Positions 1-11,034 of a stretch of DNA of 64,000 nucleotides are shown in pieces. Numbering within the stretch: position 1 is the stretch's first letter; every line of letters begins with the position of its first letter. Origin of the DNA: Octopus sinensis (lineage: Eukaryota); contig NC_043021.1 in assembly GCF_006345805.1 (NCBI RefSeq), positions 24,552,001 through 24,616,000 on the forward strand, written 5' to 3'. Under the pieces are notes generated by a model, which worked only from the letters and a program-made list of their open reading frames with translations, ran no database searches and was not told the DNA's origin. The translations under genes and the position numbers were made by a program.

Positions 1-1064
1 AGCGAGTAAATAATATGTAGAAACTGATGATTTAAAAGTCTGTTATCAGCATATTGGCATAGAAATAATTTTCTTTAGCCCTTATTTATAAGTTGTTTAT
101 AATTCTAACCTTAAAGGTATTTTAATATGCTGCCACATTTGCTGATGAATTTTTTTCTGTAAAAAAACCTCATCCTATATTAGTAGTATATATATATATA
201 TATAATATGTCTACACGTTTACACATGTATATATATGTCTAGATAGATAGATATGTTTGCATATACGTATATGTCGCTATTTATTAATTACGTATGTGTG
301 TGTGTGTGTGTGTTTGTGTGTGTACGCATACATACTGGCACACAGCTAATGGCTGTCCTTTTGCGGTGATCCTCAGTGGTGATATCTCAACGCGAAATAC
401 GAACGAGCTGCAGGACATGGTGCTCAGACGAGCGAGCGAAACTCCATCCCGCGCGCCAGTTTGGCCTCACACTCTGCACCCTTTCCTGCAGCTCCTGATT
501 TCGCATCAAATTTCTTAGAGCTTTCTTCTGCAGAAAAATTATCTGGAGCTTCTGTTCCTTTGGGGGAAATAGAATAAATACAAGATTCTTGGGTAATCTT
601 TTTCAAAGAAATTATCCAAAGTTAAATGATTGAGTTTATTCTGGACAGCCGAAAATCAGGATGATTTTTATGATAATTACAGAAATCTAATGCATCCGTG
701 TACAATGCTATTTAAAACATCCGTCTACACTAGAACGTGAGACGATTTTCCTCTGCAAAAATAATCACTGGGGAATCCTCTCCTCATACATAACGAATAG
801 AAAACATTGGGCTATGAATAATGTCATCGGATCGTGGGTCGCATGCGTTTCTGCGTTGTTAAACATCATCAGCCTCGAATACAGAATGTATCTTTCACAC
901 CCTTATAAGAATGATATATAAGGACAGCAAGCAGTAGTTTTGCTGGAATGTTTAAAGCTTCATCAAGCTGGAGTTAATCCACCTATTAATTTTCTTTATT
1001 TTACACTAGATTTTCCCCTCTCATCAGAATACAGCTAACGAGTATTAAGAAAGCAGACTTAAGA

Positions 1065-1280
1065 CGGACGGCAGTCAGACTTGTTATAACATCGGAAAAA
1101 ATATGCAGTACTTTTTCCGTCTGTTTACGTTCTGAATTGAAATCTTGCCGGAGTTCAACTTTACTCTTCACCTTCCAGCGGCCATAAATAAAAAAACCGT
1201 CAAATACTAGTGTCCATGGTACTGACTTAAACCAATCCCCTCAAAACTGTTGGTTTTGTGCTTGAATCACAAACAATCAA
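1065..1280 (+). mobile_element. Diverged tRNA-derived SINE, family B
   Basis: Contains ttctgaattgaaatcttgccggagttcaactttactcttcacc, similar to the family-B core read on the reverse strand at 34920-35135 and 49613-49839. Heavily diverged. Confidence 0.55.
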
Positions 1281-1745
1281 TAAACCAGCATCTGTCTTTG
1301 GCCAAAGACAAAACTTTTAACATGATTCTTTGTTTTCTCCTCTTTACTTTTTTTATTTATATTTAATATTATTTTATATTTTTCAAAATACTTTGCTCAA
1401 TAAATCTAAGTTTAGTGGCTGTGTGTATGCAATATATGTATAAGCATTGCTATGCATACATGTATGTATTTTGAGTCAGTTCTCTGACTCAAAGAGACCG
1501 ACCTGCAAACCGGTGTTGTTTAGGTTGTGTTCTTTTATGCCTTGCTATTTATCTGTTCGACATCTAGGTCCCTATAGAATAAGTACCTGACTGAAATAAA
1601 CACAAGGATCGACTGAGAAATCTCGAAATCGTTTCTCCAGTCTTGACACAGGGCAATGATGAAAACCAGAATAATAAACAGAATAATAAAGCATACTTAC
1701 ACACACACTCATCTTACCCTCCCACACACACATATTCTTGTGTAC

Positions 1746-1783
<38 letters not shown>

Positions 1784-1907
1784 AGAACGTATTAGAGTAC
1801 AATATAAAGCTCGTCCGCATTCAGGTTTCACCCTGTGCTATTCAGAAATAGTAGTATTATACTTACTTCCAGGTTTGCGTTTGAACTTCCGTCATGTGTG
1901 AATAGAT

Positions 1908-2200
1908 AACTGAAGAAAAACTGGAGGCAACAAGGAGAACGAGTGGACATATATTTTCAATCACTACAATTGTGGCTCCTACTAACTTCAGGGTACAATA
2001 GACAGAAGCCGAGGATTTGAACTTACGGAGACAATAATTATATATCATCTGAGGAAACACAACTAGATCACATAATGCAGCGAAACGGTTGCATAATCAA
2101 TTAATGGCATGCCTGGAGAACTACGTTGCGTAGAAACAATTGTAGTGATTGAAAAAGAAATGTCCAACCGTACTCCTTGTTGACTCCAATTCTTTCAATT
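1908..2200. mobile_element. Inverted-repeat element (MITE or inverted PLE tip), copy 1
   Basis: ttttcaatcactacaattgt (~1955-1974) is the reverse complement of acaattgtagtgattgaaaa (~2136-2155). Outer arms (gaagaaaaactggaggcaacaaggag / ctccttgttgactccaattctttcaa) also pair. The right end abuts TA repeats. Confidence 0.7.
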
Positions 2201-2212
2201 ATATATATTATA

Positions 2213-2654
2213 GGCGCAGGAGTGGCTGTGTGGTAAGTAGCTTGCTTACGAACCACATGGTTCCGGGTTCAGTCCCACTGCGTGGCACTTTGGGCAAGTG
2301 TCTTCTACTATAGCCTCGGGCCGACCAAAGCACTGTGAGTGGATTTAGTAGACGGAAACTGAAAGAAGCCCGACGTATATATGTATATATATATATGTAT
2401 ATATATATATATGTGTATATATATATATGTACGTGTATATGTTTGTGTGTCTGTGTTTGTCCCCCCAACATCGCTTGACAACTGATGCTGGTGTGTTTAC
2501 GTCCCCGTAACTTAGTGGTGCGGCAAAAGAGACTGATAGAATAAGTACTAGGCTTACAAAGAATAAGTCCTGGGGTCGATTTGCTCAACTAAAATGTGGT
2601 GCTCCAGCATGGCCGCAGTCAAATGACTGAAGCAAGTAAAAGAGTAAAAGAGTA
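2213..2654 (+). mobile_element. tRNA-derived SINE, family A, full length with internal TA/TG microsatellite
   Basis: A-box-like tggctgtgtggtaag and B-box-like gggttcagtcc, then an internal microsatellite and the tail ccagcatggccgcagtcaaatgactga...gagtaaaagag. More than 10 related copies occur in the window. Confidence 0.9.
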
Positions 2655-2819
2655 ATATATAATTAACATCTAATATAGGATAGAATTTTTCGAAAAAAAT
2701 TCTATCAATGGCCAGCATATTAAAAAATACCTTTAAAGGTTAAATTTATAAACAATTTATAAGTAATTTATAAGTAATTTATACTTATATATATATATAT
2801 ATATTATATATATATATAG

Positions 2820-3038
2820 TTAATCCAAACAAGAAAACAGAAAAAAAGAGAAAAAAACAGCAACGCGAGGACGTGGAACAATTAAAGTATTATTGACGCT
2901 CAGGAAAGAAGGGAAGGAGGGTTTAACGTTTCGAGCGGAGCTCTTCGTCGGAAACAAGGAGAAGGAAAGATCCCAAGAAGGGAAGACAGAGGAAAAAATA
3001 TTTTTGCTGGTGGTGCTCAAGAGATCACATGTTGAAAG

Positions 3039-3040
<2 letters not shown>
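2820..3040 (-). mobile_element. Penelope-like element 3' tip (pLTR) with hammerhead motif
   Basis: Reverse complement matches 56760-56958. The 3' end abuts (TA)n, and a hammerhead fold lies at 2921-2955. Confidence 0.75.
2921..2955 (-). ncRNA. Minimal type-I hammerhead ribozyme, U4C core variant
   Basis: Minus strand reads GTTT CCGACGA A GAGC-TCC-GCTC GAAA CG T T AAAC. Stem I is GTTT/AAAC, stem II GAGC/GCTC, and stem III the palindrome ACGT. Confidence 0.6.
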
Positions 3041-3123
<83 letters not shown>

Positions 3124-3308
3124 ATATACTCCGACTTCTAAAATAAAAACGATACCATAGAATTAGAAAGTTAGGAGTTCAGAAAAAAGCTAATATATAA
3201 ACGGTTTGAGTATATATAAAAGTCCAACGGCAGTTTCTAGGGGTCCAGTTGTCTAGGATAAAGGATATTTAAATCCATTATTAGACACCTCCTTTTTTTT
3301 TTGTTATT

Positions 3309-3790
3309 TTGGATTTTACATTTAACTTAAGTACTAATTTATACTATGCATTTCCCAAACCCAACCAAACCTTGCAATATATAAATGTCCTTTCGATAGG
3401 AATCTCTAATTTATCAGCTAATGAGGAACTATTTAACATTCACACAGCTTATTATAATCAAGCTCTACAATTAAGGGGTTTCCGTGAAACAATATTCTAA
3501 GCCTACGATACTAAACTGAAAACTAAAATAGCAAATCTTTTCCCCGACTCTAATCCTGTCTCTATAGGCACGACCTCCACTTCAAATCAAACAAACCCAT
3601 TAAAAAACCACCTTTAAATTGTACTCGCCTACGCCTTGGGCCACCCAGAACTTCTAAATCTTCTGCTCCTGACCAACCCAATATAGCCACATATTCTAAG
3701 TCTAGAAATCGGGAAATCCTATGGTTTGCAGCGCCCTTCTCAATCCATGTTAAATCTTTAAGGTATTTTTTTTAAATTCTGAAATAAAAT
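3309..3790 (+). pseudogene. Fragment of a second PLE RT-thumb/linker (Hydra-clade-like), internally deleted
   Basis: LDFTFNLSTNLYYAFPKPNQTLQYINVLS..ISNLSANEELFNIHTAYYNQALQLRGF and SRNREILWFAAPFSIHVKS parallel YLDVNFNLITG..YHKLNENLRYINV..ISLLSYDIEIFNKHANYYNEALRGAGY and IWLIVPY of the large element. The SNHP-to-KR stretch is missing. Confidence 0.8.
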
Positions 3791-3800
3791 TTTCCGCAAC

Positions 3801-3870
3801 TTCTTTTACTTGTTTCAGTCATTTGATTGCGGCCAGGCTGGAGCACCGACTTTAGTCGAACAAACCGACC
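3801..3870 (-). mobile_element. SINE family A 3' tail fragment
   Basis: cttttacttgtttcagtcatttgattgcggccaggctggagcacc is the reverse complement of the family-A tail. Confidence 0.8.
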
Positions 3871-3902
3871 CTAGAGGTTACACATACAAACACACACATA
3901 TA

Positions 3903-4278
3903 CAATTGAAATTGGAGTCAACTAGGAGTACGGTCGGACAGTTACTTTTTAATCGCTACAATTGTTTCCACACAACCTAATTCTCCAAAAATGCAGGTAT
4001 TTGATTATACAACTATTTGTTTTCATAATGAGATCTAGTTGTCTCTTCAGGTAATATTCCCATCCATCCATCTTGGTTTGAATTTTGTAGTACTGCTAAA
4101 CAAAACGGACAAGCCAAGACGGACGGATGGGATGGCCTTGAAGTTGAAAATTTTTAACTAACGGAGGCAACATTTGAATATCACCGCTTTTGGAGAACTA
4201 CGTTGTGTGGAAACAATTGTAGTGATTAGAAAATAACTGTCCCAGCGTACTCCTTGTTGATTCCAATTTCTTCAATTT
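3903..4278. mobile_element. Inverted-repeat element (MITE or inverted PLE tip), copy 2
   Basis: ~85-bp imperfect inverted arms at 3903-3990 and 4188-4278, homologous to the arms of 1908-2200. The interior differs from copy 1. Confidence 0.75.
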
Positions 4279-4929
4279 TATATTCACACACGACGAGTGC
4301 CCAAACGTAAACTTGGGAGTATAAAATAATGCTACCCGATAGTATTGGGTAATTCTGAGGGTGGACTAGTTTTATACTGTACTCTGCTACGTTCCTAACG
4401 GGATATACCATAACTATGAGAGAGAGAGGGAGAGGGAGATACCTGTATAGGGTACAGTTGTACATGAGAGCACAAAGGTTATGCCTGTATGCTGAAAGAA
4501 GACGCCGAATACGTCCTGCCACGTCAAATATTCACTCCACAGTTATGCAGGTTGTAAGCGGGAATATTTATATGTACTCACAAATATATGTATGTATAGA
4601 TATTTTCACTTACTTCACCCAGTGTGTTTTGCTGATGAAAGAAAATTTAGTAAACTAATTCAGAACTCGATCAATCCAAAACTAACTGAATTGTTTTATG
4701 AATGTTTAGCCAGCCTGCTTTGCCGCTTACAACCTGTGTAATTGTGGAGTGAATATTTGAAGTGCTAACACGTATTCAGCGTGTTCTTTCAGCATTTGGG
4801 CAGAATATGGTTTTGTGCCCTTAACTATAATTGTACCCTGTACAGTTATATTTATTTTACCTCAAAGGATTTTATATGCTTGACACTGATAAAATTCGTT
4901 AATTTTAATGATTTTATCCTCTAATTATG

Positions 4930-4965
<36 letters not shown>

Positions 4966-5439
4966 ATGTTTAGATTGAGGGGCATCTTCTACATATCTGG
5001 TAAGGTATAAAAGAACAGATTGACAAAGTGATTTGAGAAGCATAATAGAATGAAGAGAAATATGGTGACCTCGTTCAGTAGGAATGGATTAAAAGGCAGA
5101 ATTTGAACAATATTATCAGGTACTACGGTCAGAGGATGCTCCTGCAATTAAAGATAATAGCACCGTAACTAACTGGGCCGCTTACAAAAGCTTCCTTATA
5201 TTATGCTTTTCTTGCCATCTTACAGACAGAGAGCTATGGATGAGGATTGTGTTCACTGTGTGATGCTGAACTTCTTTTTATGTGGAAGATAAAATAGTGA
5301 AGAGATTAAAAAAGACCTATGGAAGTTTAACGAAAGTTCTGGAATATTTATGTGGGCACCGTTTCAGAACTTCCTTCCGTTTGCTAATAGTATTAACCTT
5401 ATTGCATAACATCTCTAGTACTTCGACTGGGCATACACA

Positions 5440-5960
5440 CACCTTCTTCCATACACGGGAGATTGTGTAAGAAGTATGGTCTTGAAAGGACATTGAAATG
5501 GTACGAGCATTAAACCAGAAGACGTCACTGAGAACAATGAGGATAAGATTTTATGGGACTCTGTGTGACTCAGTGATTGATGCTCGGAAACTAGAAATTG
5601 TTGTAGGGGATAAGAGGAAGCGGGAAATGAAGATCATAAACATTGTCATTCATGGGGATATACGAGTGGGTGACAAAGTAGAAGCTAATATAGTTGTAGG
5701 GGCACTTGGAAGCATTAACAACCAGGTATGAGAAATTTGGAGAAATTGGGAATGACACGCGGGTAGAATATACTCAGAGATCTGTTTTGTTGCGGGAAGC
5801 GAGGGTCTTAAGATTGGGGGTTGGGTGTTAAGTATCGCGGAAAGTGATTCTGTGAGACATTTGACAACAGGTTGCTATCCGCTTTTACAGAGTTAACCGA
5901 GCATGGGAGATCGAGAACTCTGGGAAGTCGAGTGATGGTAATGACAACAACAATAATAAT
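5440..5960 (+). pseudogene. 3' end of an R4/Dong-like non-LTR retrotransposon (restriction-like endonuclease domain), decayed
   Basis: Across frames: LCKKYGLERTLKWYEH*PEDVTENNEDKILWD..VIDARKLEIVVGDKRKREMKIINIVIHGDIRV..IVVGALGSI..QRSVLLREARVLR. This matches the recalled R4-clade WYEHxP...KILWD...RRPDIV...IIDIAVPGD...IGALG pattern and ends in (AAC/AAT)n. Confidence 0.75.
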
Positions 5961-6337
5961 AAAGAAGAAAAGAAAACAAATTCATAAAAAAAATCGTTAT
6001 TCATAATACCGTCAAATCTAGTAAAATATAACAATAAGATATGAAAGACAAGAGAATGAAATATAAATTGAAATATATTGGAAATATATATGCAACACCT
6101 GCGGTGAGAGAAATAATGTGTGTGTAAGTTTATTCATGGACAGAGAATGTAGTAAAGCAATATGTATTCATAAACTACGAAAAACTAAAACGACTACCCC
6201 GAAAACAGAGTTTTACAACATTGTCCACCAAAACATTCCAGTGTTGAGGCAAGAGTCAAGAATGGAACAAGCACACGAAATAGTCAAAGACTATTAAAGA
6301 CTAAATCACATTTCACAATATATAATACATGTATATG

Positions 6338-6573
6338 AATTAGAGAAGAACCACCATGTAGCAATTCAACAATGATATACTTAAATCATACCATATAAAA
6401 AAAAGTGAAAAATACGATAAAACATTTACCTAAAACTAAATACAGTACGAAATAATATATAAATAGCATATAATTAGTACTTTATTTAGTTCTTGGTAAA
6501 TGTTTTATCGTATCTTTAATTTTTTCTATATGGTATGAGTTAAGTTGAATTGCTACATGGTGGTTCTTCTCTA

Positions 6574-6576
<3 letters not shown>
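6338..6576. repeat. Fold-back with ~100-110 bp arms and ~28 bp spacer next to (TA)n
   Basis: 6338-6370 is the exact reverse complement of 6544-6576. Imperfect pairing continues to 6448/6477. Confidence 0.85.
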
Positions 6577-6640
<64 letters not shown>

Positions 6641-6641
<1 letters not shown>

Positions 6642-7140
6642 GTGAACTGTATATGGCTGTGTGGTGAACAAGTTCGCCATGCAACGATTTGGTTTTCGGT
6701 TCACTCCAACAGCACAGTACCTTGGGCAGGTTCCTTCTACTATCTCCCTTGAATGACCAATGCTTTGAGAGTGAATTTGCTAGACGGAAACTGTGTTGAA
6801 GCCCGTTGTATGTATGTGTGTATGCATGTATATGTACATACATGCATACATACGACATGGCCACAACCTTAGGATTAAAACATAAGTAAGTATATATATA
6901 TACACATACATACATGAATACATACGTACACACGTATGTATTTCTGTGTGTGTCAGTCTTTATGTTTGCTTGGCAACAAGAGTTGGTTTGTTTATGTCCC
7001 GGTAACCTGGTTGTGCGGGGAAGGAGAAAGATAGAATTAAAACTAGGCTTATAAGCGCTGGGTTTGATTTGTTCGACTGAACCCCTTCAAGGCTATGCTC
7101 CAGCATGGCCACGATCTAAAGAGGGTACCAGGTAAAGGAC
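6641..7140 (+). mobile_element. SINE family A, diverged
   Basis: tggctgtgtggtgaac head, cttgggcagg..gagtgaatttgctagacggaaactg body and ccagcatggccac tail. Confidence 0.8.
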
Positions 7141-7346
7141 AAAAGATATATTTAACCATATGCATATGTAATTAGATGTGTATGTAGATTCTAATATATA
7201 TTGCTATGCACACAAACCCATACAGACAACCATACACGCCTATCTCTCTCTCTCATATATATATATATGTGTGTGTGTGTGCTTTTGTGTGATAGCTAAA
7301 TACATACATACATACATATATACATATATACAATATATATATATAC

Positions 7347-7425
<79 letters not shown>

Positions 7426-8149
7426 ATATTACATATTATCGAACACACACATACTCACTCAATGTATGTGCATTGCTTGTTCGCCGGTCGGCTGCGTCTT
7501 GATTCAGTGGAGATGACTCACTCAATGCGCGGAAAAACACCAGAAATTCATAGTCATAGAGAGGTGAGACAACCCCCTTCAAGTTCCCTTCAGGAGCTAT
7601 GGACATCAATGTTTCGCCATGTTTGTAGCTTATCAACATGACGTACTCCAACTGAACCGGATGCTGATTTAACCCTAGCCTGTTCATCATTATATGTAAA
7701 ATGATGTAAAAACTCGAAGGTCGCTTCAAGACTAGCTGGTGGACATACCCTGATCGAAACTGCACAGAAAATTATGCCCGGTCGCATGTGTATCTACCCG
7801 AACGCTGCGCAGTGGGAACACACGTAGGTCAAAATAATCTTTAAAACATGCAAAATGTAATTGAAAAATAAAAGGAAATAAATTTTGAGGGTGAACAAGT
7901 CTCCATATTCTATATAGTTATAATTATTACTAAAAGATATGTATAGGCACAAGCGTGGCTGTATGGTAAGAAGCTTGCTTCCCCTGCGCATGTGCGAATA
8001 ATTGTAGTGTTCGGCACCAAAGCGGTGAGACATGCTTTTGAAGCCGTCTCGAATTGAAAAATTTTGAAGCTCCATTGTAAGGTAAGATTCTGTTTTTTGG
8101 GTACAGTAGGAAATTTTGTTGAGAATTGTTTTTGTAGAAGCAGGAAGTC

Positions 8150-10370
8150 CAACTGGATTCAGAATTCTGGTTCTGCCGACATGGGGCAAATAATTTTTTC
8201 TCGCTGAATTGTGAGAATTTTTGTTTGGGGGCGTATTCGTCTTCGGTTTATGTTGAGTGAATATTATTCTCACTTAATTATGAGAATTATTGTTTGTATT
8301 GTGCCTTTTGAAGAACTTTAAAATAATTGTGAGAACTGCTGTTTGGGGGAGTGTCTTTGCCTCCGAAGATTGAACAATTTGTATATCAATTTTTGTGGAA
8401 GTTGTGTTCCAGTTGTGGCGTTCCGGGTTCAACCTAGGCCGGGAGTACCGAATGGCCGGAAGAATTTTTTGCTGTGTTCCTGAACCATTGACTTTCTTCT
8501 AAACTTTATTTGACTTTCTCCTTTTTGTTTATAGTGACTTTCTTTTGATTTCTTTTTTCTTCTCGTTTTAGTTTGAACATAGTTTCAAAAAAAAAAAGAA
8601 AAAAAAGGGAAACATGGCAATGAAAAAAGACAAAGTTTTGGAGTGGGAGATTATACCGCCCAAAAAGTGGTTGAAAGACCGTGAAGATAGGACGGTGGTG
8701 TTGAAAACCTACTCCAAGTCACTCGACACCATCGCCCTATTCGAAAAGATGGCAACTGAAAAGGAGTTGTGCTATTTGATACCCCTGAAATGGCTTACAA
8801 ATTTGCTAGTCAACCCTTGGAGGGTGAGGAAATTTTGTTTCTTCCCACGTATTGAGGGAGGAGGTTGACGAAAGCTTGGGTCTGCAGGTTGCCACCCGGG
8901 ATAAAACCCGAGTGGATAGGGGAGACGATCCGCCGGGGTCTGGGTGGCAGCGGGACCAAGCTTCTTAATGTGAAAGTTCTTCCTGCGGCTGATTGGGTTG
9001 GCTCAAAAGCTGTTTTGACCCTTTGGACCCAATCAGCCAATCTGGTTTTTCCAGATTTTTTTTTAAATGGCCGGGTGCAGGTACCCGGTGATATTTGAGG
9101 GTCGCCTCCCACCCCAGGTGTCATCGGTGCCTGGAGTCCGGCCATATAAAGAAAAACTGTTCCCGGGAACAAAATAGAAGAGGGAATGAAAGCGGCCGAG
9201 GAAGCGGAGGACTCCTCAAACAGGGGGCGAAAGAGGAAGAAGGTGAGCAACAATGGGTGTTCACTGAAGGATCCTAGGGATGAGGAGGGGAAGGCGAATC
9301 TCCCGGTTACGGAGGAGACGCACCCTCCCTTAGTTGAAAAGAAAAAAAGAGGAAGAGGAAGAGAAACGGGACATTGCCGGCAGTTGGTGACCTAGTACCG
9401 GAATGTCCCGGAACTACGTCGGTTGGGGTTGTGCCACCGGCAGGAGAAGAAACACCGTTGGCGGGAACTGTGCCGCCAACGGAAGAATTGGATATCCTGT
9501 CCCCGAAGGAAGACGAAGTATTGATCTTCTTCTATAGAGGCGGAGAGATTGAAAAAGTGATGGAAAAGCACCATAAGGGAGCACATTTAGCCTTTACACA
9601 GAACCCCGAATGGCCTCCGCAGATAGCTGTGGAGGCCACAACGTTTGACGTGACGTTTGGGCTGAAGGGGCTCAATGAGGAATATCGCTTGTACCCGGGC
9701 AACGCTGACACGGAACTCGATTCGATTTTGAAAGAGGCGTGGAGGATGGCAGAGGATGCGGCCACAAGTTATCTTGAGGGTGAGTTATAAATTGTGACAC
9801 TGTGTGACACAAACATTTCATAATAGGCACTTCGCCTTCTTTCTGAACTCCCGGCTGTCAACGTGGTCTGATCAGCAGGCGGCTAGATATTTGACTGCGG
9901 ATCCGGAAAGAGGAGGAATGGAAAAGTGATAATGTATTTTTGATGTTTGATTGACTTTTTGAGTTTTATGTAAGTGTAAGGTCTCCATGGCGAATTTGAT
10001 AAAATAAAGAAGCTTGCTTCCCGGAGGGAGGAGCCCATGCCCTGGACAGGGGACGAGGAGTGGCCTTCGCAGGTGACTACGAAGATCATATCGGATGTCG
10101 CTATAGTCAGGGTAATGAACACCTTCTCAAAGGACATGTTTAGATACGCCTTCAGGGGCCTCGACCTAGAGCTGGTGCATTGCCTAAGGGAAGCGTAAGC
10201 CAGATCTGGGAGGTGGGGCTTTGTGTATTGTATTTATATATATTATATGTAATTATTGAACTATGTTGTTGTTTGTAATGGACTGTTAAGTCCAAAAATT
10301 GAAAAGTTGTAAAAGTTGTAAGAGGTTCAATACCTCGTTTTGTGTTTGGTTTTAAAGAACAATGTTTTAG
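8150..10370 (+). mobile_element. L1/Tx1-like element with gag-like ORF1 but no recognisable APE/RT
   Basis: GC-richer block with repeated 5' motifs (ttgtgagaa..tgtttggggg), a frameshifted ORF1, a short second ORF and a T-rich 3' region. Confidence 0.6.
8614..9790 (+). pseudogene. Gag-like ORF1 (RRM-like region + CCHC zinc knuckle), frameshifted
   Basis: ORF-track segments 8614-8868, 8865-9098, 9095-9277, 9186-9395 and 9374-9790 chain together. They include TKAWVCRLPPGIKPEWIGETI (RRM-like) and CHRCLESGHIKKNC (C-X2-C-X4-H-X4-C). Confidence 0.75.
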
Positions 10371-10514
10371 AGAAGCAAAAGTCGGCGGACGCTTTTTGTC
10401 TTCTCCCATCCTTATCATTTTTCTTTCATTATCATTAATTTCATTAATGTCCATGTCCAGCCCGCAAAGCTACTTTACTCTATGTACTGCCTTTATGGCA
10501 AATGTAATGAAATA

Positions 10515-10771
10515 AAGAAGCTTTCTTCCCAACTACATGGTTTCAGGTTCAGTCCCACTGCGTGGTACGTTGGGCAAGTGTCTTCTACTATAGCCGCGGG
10601 CCGACCGAAGCCTTGTGAGTGGATTTGGTAGACGGAAACTGAAAGAAGCCCGTCATGTATATATATGTATATATATGTATTTATGTGAGTGTGTCTGTGT
10701 TCGTGCCCCACCATCGCTTGACAACCGATGCTGGTGTGTTTACAACCCCGGACTTTAGCGGCTCGGCAAAA
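10515..10771 (+). mobile_element. SINE family A, 3'-truncated
   Basis: ggttcagtcccactgcgtgg..gagtggatttggtagacggaaactgaaagaagcccg..cttgacaaccgatgctgg; it stops at ggcaaaa. Confidence 0.85.
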
Positions 10772-10991
10772 TTTGAATCTAAATTTTGCTGAACTTATAT
10801 ATATATATATATATATAATAATAAATATTAGGGAATAAATCCAAATTTACAGGGAAAAAATCAGATTTAGGATTAAATCCAATTTTATAGTAAAATATTA
10901 TAAAATTATTAGAGACAAAACCACTATTTTGCAAAACAACAGGAAAGACTTAATCAATACATAAAATTTTAATAAATAGTCAAAAAAACCG

Positions 10992-11034
10992 CCACTACAA
11001 TTGTTTCTTGTCTTGATCGACAATCTTCAGGTGG
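10992..11034 (-). ncRNA. Minimal type-I hammerhead ribozyme, canonical core
   Basis: Minus strand reads CCAC CTGAAGA TTGTC-GATCAA-GACAA GAAAC AATT GT A GTGG. Stem I is CCAC/GTGG, stem II is 5 bp, stem III is the palindrome ACAATTGT, and the cleavage triplet is GUA. Confidence 0.85.

Noticed and set aside
7480-7790. GC-richer block between microsatellite and SINE head
   Set aside because: No second copy in the window and no recognisable coding or RNA motif, so it cannot be classified.
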